Of a stretch of 64,000 bases of DNA, positions 61,396 to 64,000 are shown piece by piece (the first letter of the stretch is position 1; every line of letters starts with the position of its first letter). Source of the stretch: Marsupella aquatica (Eukaryota > Plantae > Marchantiophyta); NCBI GenBank assembly GCA_973895155.1, contig OZ316896.1:558001-622000 (forward strand). The letters are read 5' to 3'. Both the position numbers and the translations under genes were made by a program. The notes under the pieces are model-generated. The model worked only from the letters and a program-made list of their open reading frames with translations. It was not told the origin of the DNA and did no database searches.

Positions 61396-62313
61396 ACTAG
61401 TCCCGTGCACGCTTGCAGTAATTGCAGACGACTGCCTTCCAATTCAAGATGTTCATACCATATTCAAATACAATCTACCTTGTCTAAGTGCAGACTAGAC
61501 ATCCCAAAGCTGCACTTATCCACGGTATGTACTATGTCATAAGTCCAAGAGATATCGTTTGTGCATTTCTCCATATGTGCATATTACACTATCCAATAAG
61601 TGCATGTAGAACATATCCATTTCCTCATATGTCTGGTCAGGCTATGCACATTGGACTCCTCTACCCAGAACCCTCATTGTGCATGATTCAATTGGATAAG
61701 TGGATGAAACTACCATATGTAGCTTACTGGTTGCACTTATGAATATTTGAACCGTATGTGTAGCAGTAATTGATGAATACATGTGCACTCTTATAGATAG
61801 AAATGCACTTATGAATTTGTCATTTAGTGATTGGCTGAACTATGTGATGGGGGACCAAAAATGTCCCCAAGATACTTTTGTTGTGCAATACATGCCAATA
61901 CATGGACTGCAATATTGGACTTCTTTACAATTTCTTCTTGTATTGTGTACAGTATTTGTATTTAGGCCAGATCATGATGGCAGAGGAAAAGAGAACATTT
62001 AATGCTTTGTCTTTTGTGCTTACTTCATTCTTTTGTTTTTATTCACTTTGTTTGTTTTTAGGTAAGATATATTTAATACTTGCTATTTTAAAGTTCAGCC
62101 TAATGTCCCGCCTCCCCCACGTGATCTGATGCCCTACTGGGAGTCTGGGAATTAAGGTGAAGTCCTTTGCTCTTCAAGGGCAAGCGACTTATGTCATAAG
62201 ACATAAGCTGATAAGGTCGTAAGTTTCCTGGAAGGTGAGATGATGTGCTCCGTTTTTCAACGTTCCATTCTAGCTAAGGATGCAATCATAGAGAAATCTT
62301 TGTTTAATACCCT

Positions 62314-62643
62314 TTTTTTTTTTTTCTTCTTGAACCTAAATTGGGATGAAATACAATTAGACTACCCCCACCCCAATGTGACAGCTTTTCTGAAGGGAAC
62401 CCAGACCAGGGTGAGCCCCAATGGATCCCAGAGGGACCCGCACCAGGAAGGAGAGAGTATTACATCAGGGCCACAAAATGGGCAACCAGGGGCTGAGCAG
62501 ATAATCAGAGCTCCAATATATTCACTACCCACAAAACCCATCCCACCCACACACATATATCCTCCACACCCCAGTGTGGATTGAACCTGGGACCTCTCAC
62601 TTCCAGGCAAATCCCCTAGCCAATTGACCTAAGCCAATTGGTT
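62314..62643 (-). mobile_element. tRNA-derived SINE with poly(A) tail and TSD
   Basis: On the minus strand: A-box TAGGTCAATTGG, B-box GGTTCAATCC and a tail of about 12 A. An 11-bp TSD TTTAATACCCT lies at 62303-62313 and 62644-62654. Confidence 0.85.
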
Positions 62644-63005
62644 TTTAATACCCTCTTGAGTGGTGGGAACTTGGTTGGTTCTCAATCACCAGTGAGAAAA
62701 ATATGCATCACTTGATAATTTTTTATTCTATCTTGCTTAGTTTTGAGATTTTGGGAGACAACATGATCATTATTTGGATGGGTTTCTTTGGTAGGCAATT
62801 CAAAACATTCATAGAGGGTGGTTCCATCAGATACTCTTATCCATTTATAAAAGGCATTTTTGTCAGAGAATTTCAATGATGTTAGAACATGCTCAAGTTT
62901 GAACCATTTATCCTAGATTGCTAGCTGTGGGTACCTAACGTACCTAGCTGAGGCACGCTAGTACCTCAGTTTGTAGACTTGCCCACTACCCACCTGCCCT
63001 CCATG

Positions 63006-63285
63006 TCCACTTGGAGACTTAGTTATGACACTAGATGTGGACTTTTAGCTTTGTCATCACTTATGTAGATGTGGAACATTAGCTATGCACACCATGGATA
63101 TCCACTTGGAGACTTAGTTATGACACTAGATGTGGACTTTTAGCTTTGTCATCACTTATGTAGATGTGGAACATTAGCTATGCACACCATGGATATCCAC
63201 TTGGAGACTTAGTTATGACACTAGATGTGGACTTTTAGCTGTGTCATCACTTTATGTAGATGTGGACCATTAGCTATTCACACTA
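63006..63285. repeat. 95-bp tandem repeat, 3 copies
   Basis: Units TCCACTTGGAGACTTAGTTATGACACTAG... start at 63006, 63101 and 63196. Confidence 0.95.
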
Positions 63286-64000
63286 TGACACTATTTTTAT
63301 TTATTTATTTTTTTGTTGGGGGGGGGGGGGGTGAAAATTCGTGTTTAATAGAAATGCCACCGCGGTGAAAAGATGGGCCATCTGTACATCGACTAATGTC
63401 GCTCATGCTCAAAGAGATCCAGAATTGGACGTGATGGAGTGTGAGGAAGGTATGTGTCAGAGCTGAAGCCAGAGCAATCTTGAATCCATGAGAGAACTCG
63501 ACCAGGCAGGTAACCCACAATCTTTGCACTTGTGAACATTAAACCACACCTGCCCCTATAAAAGCCCCATTTGATGCCTCACTACTCACCTTTTACATTC
63601 AAGGGAACTCAGGGGAAATTGTGAATGGTTCTGAACATTTGCTTTTCCTAAACCCAAAACTCCCAATTTGAGAAAAACCTTATAGGTTGTGAATGTCATG
63701 GTCCATCACTCAAAGCTCTCCTTTGGTAGAGAACTGGCACGCCCTATAGCAATTAGGGACTCTTACTACCCTACCCCAAAAGCAAACTGTAATTATCAAC
63801 CTGCCCCCAAACTAATATGTGGATTACATAAACCACCCAAGGCGACCCACCACTGATCTGTGGCTTATGGCAGCTGCCTGGCCAGGCACCACCATTCCGG
63901 ACTCTGTCGGGCCCCTCCCCTAGACTCACTGCCAACCTGGCAACTTGTCTCCCATTGTGATTTCATCTCCTCTGTTGTGACTACAACTCTCCCACCTGAG

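Noticed and set aside
62560-62640. tRNA gene (also 11030-11095)
   Set aside because: A/B boxes are present but no cloverleaf can be formed. The attached body, poly(A) tail and TSD indicate a SINE head.

Overview
Eukaryotic nuclear DNA from a land plant: GT-AG introns and the plant genes PSA3, MED27, GSTF, ARP6 and an OCT7-like transporter. A dynein roadblock light chain suggests a lineage with flagellated sperm, probably a bryophyte (inference). I reconstructed nine spliced loci by hand: SNRNP25-like (frameshifted), PSA3, MED27, phi-GST, ARP6, DYNLRB/LC7, OCT7-like MFS, a TPR-CHAT caspase-like protease (two lesions) and a DUF900 alpha/beta-hydrolase. Intergenic DNA holds CRE-like retrotransposon fragments, an L1 with a twin-priming 5' inversion and TSD, two tRNA-derived SINEs, a mini-Helitron, a hAT-type MITE and many short tandem duplications. 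The best candidate for a new system is the adjacent, co-oriented TPR-CHAT plus DUF900 pair (49.8-58.2 kb), which resembles a bacterial protease/effector module. A perfect 21-bp hairpin at 20.9 kb is a candidate new MIRNA. All family calls come from motif recognition; no database searches were run.
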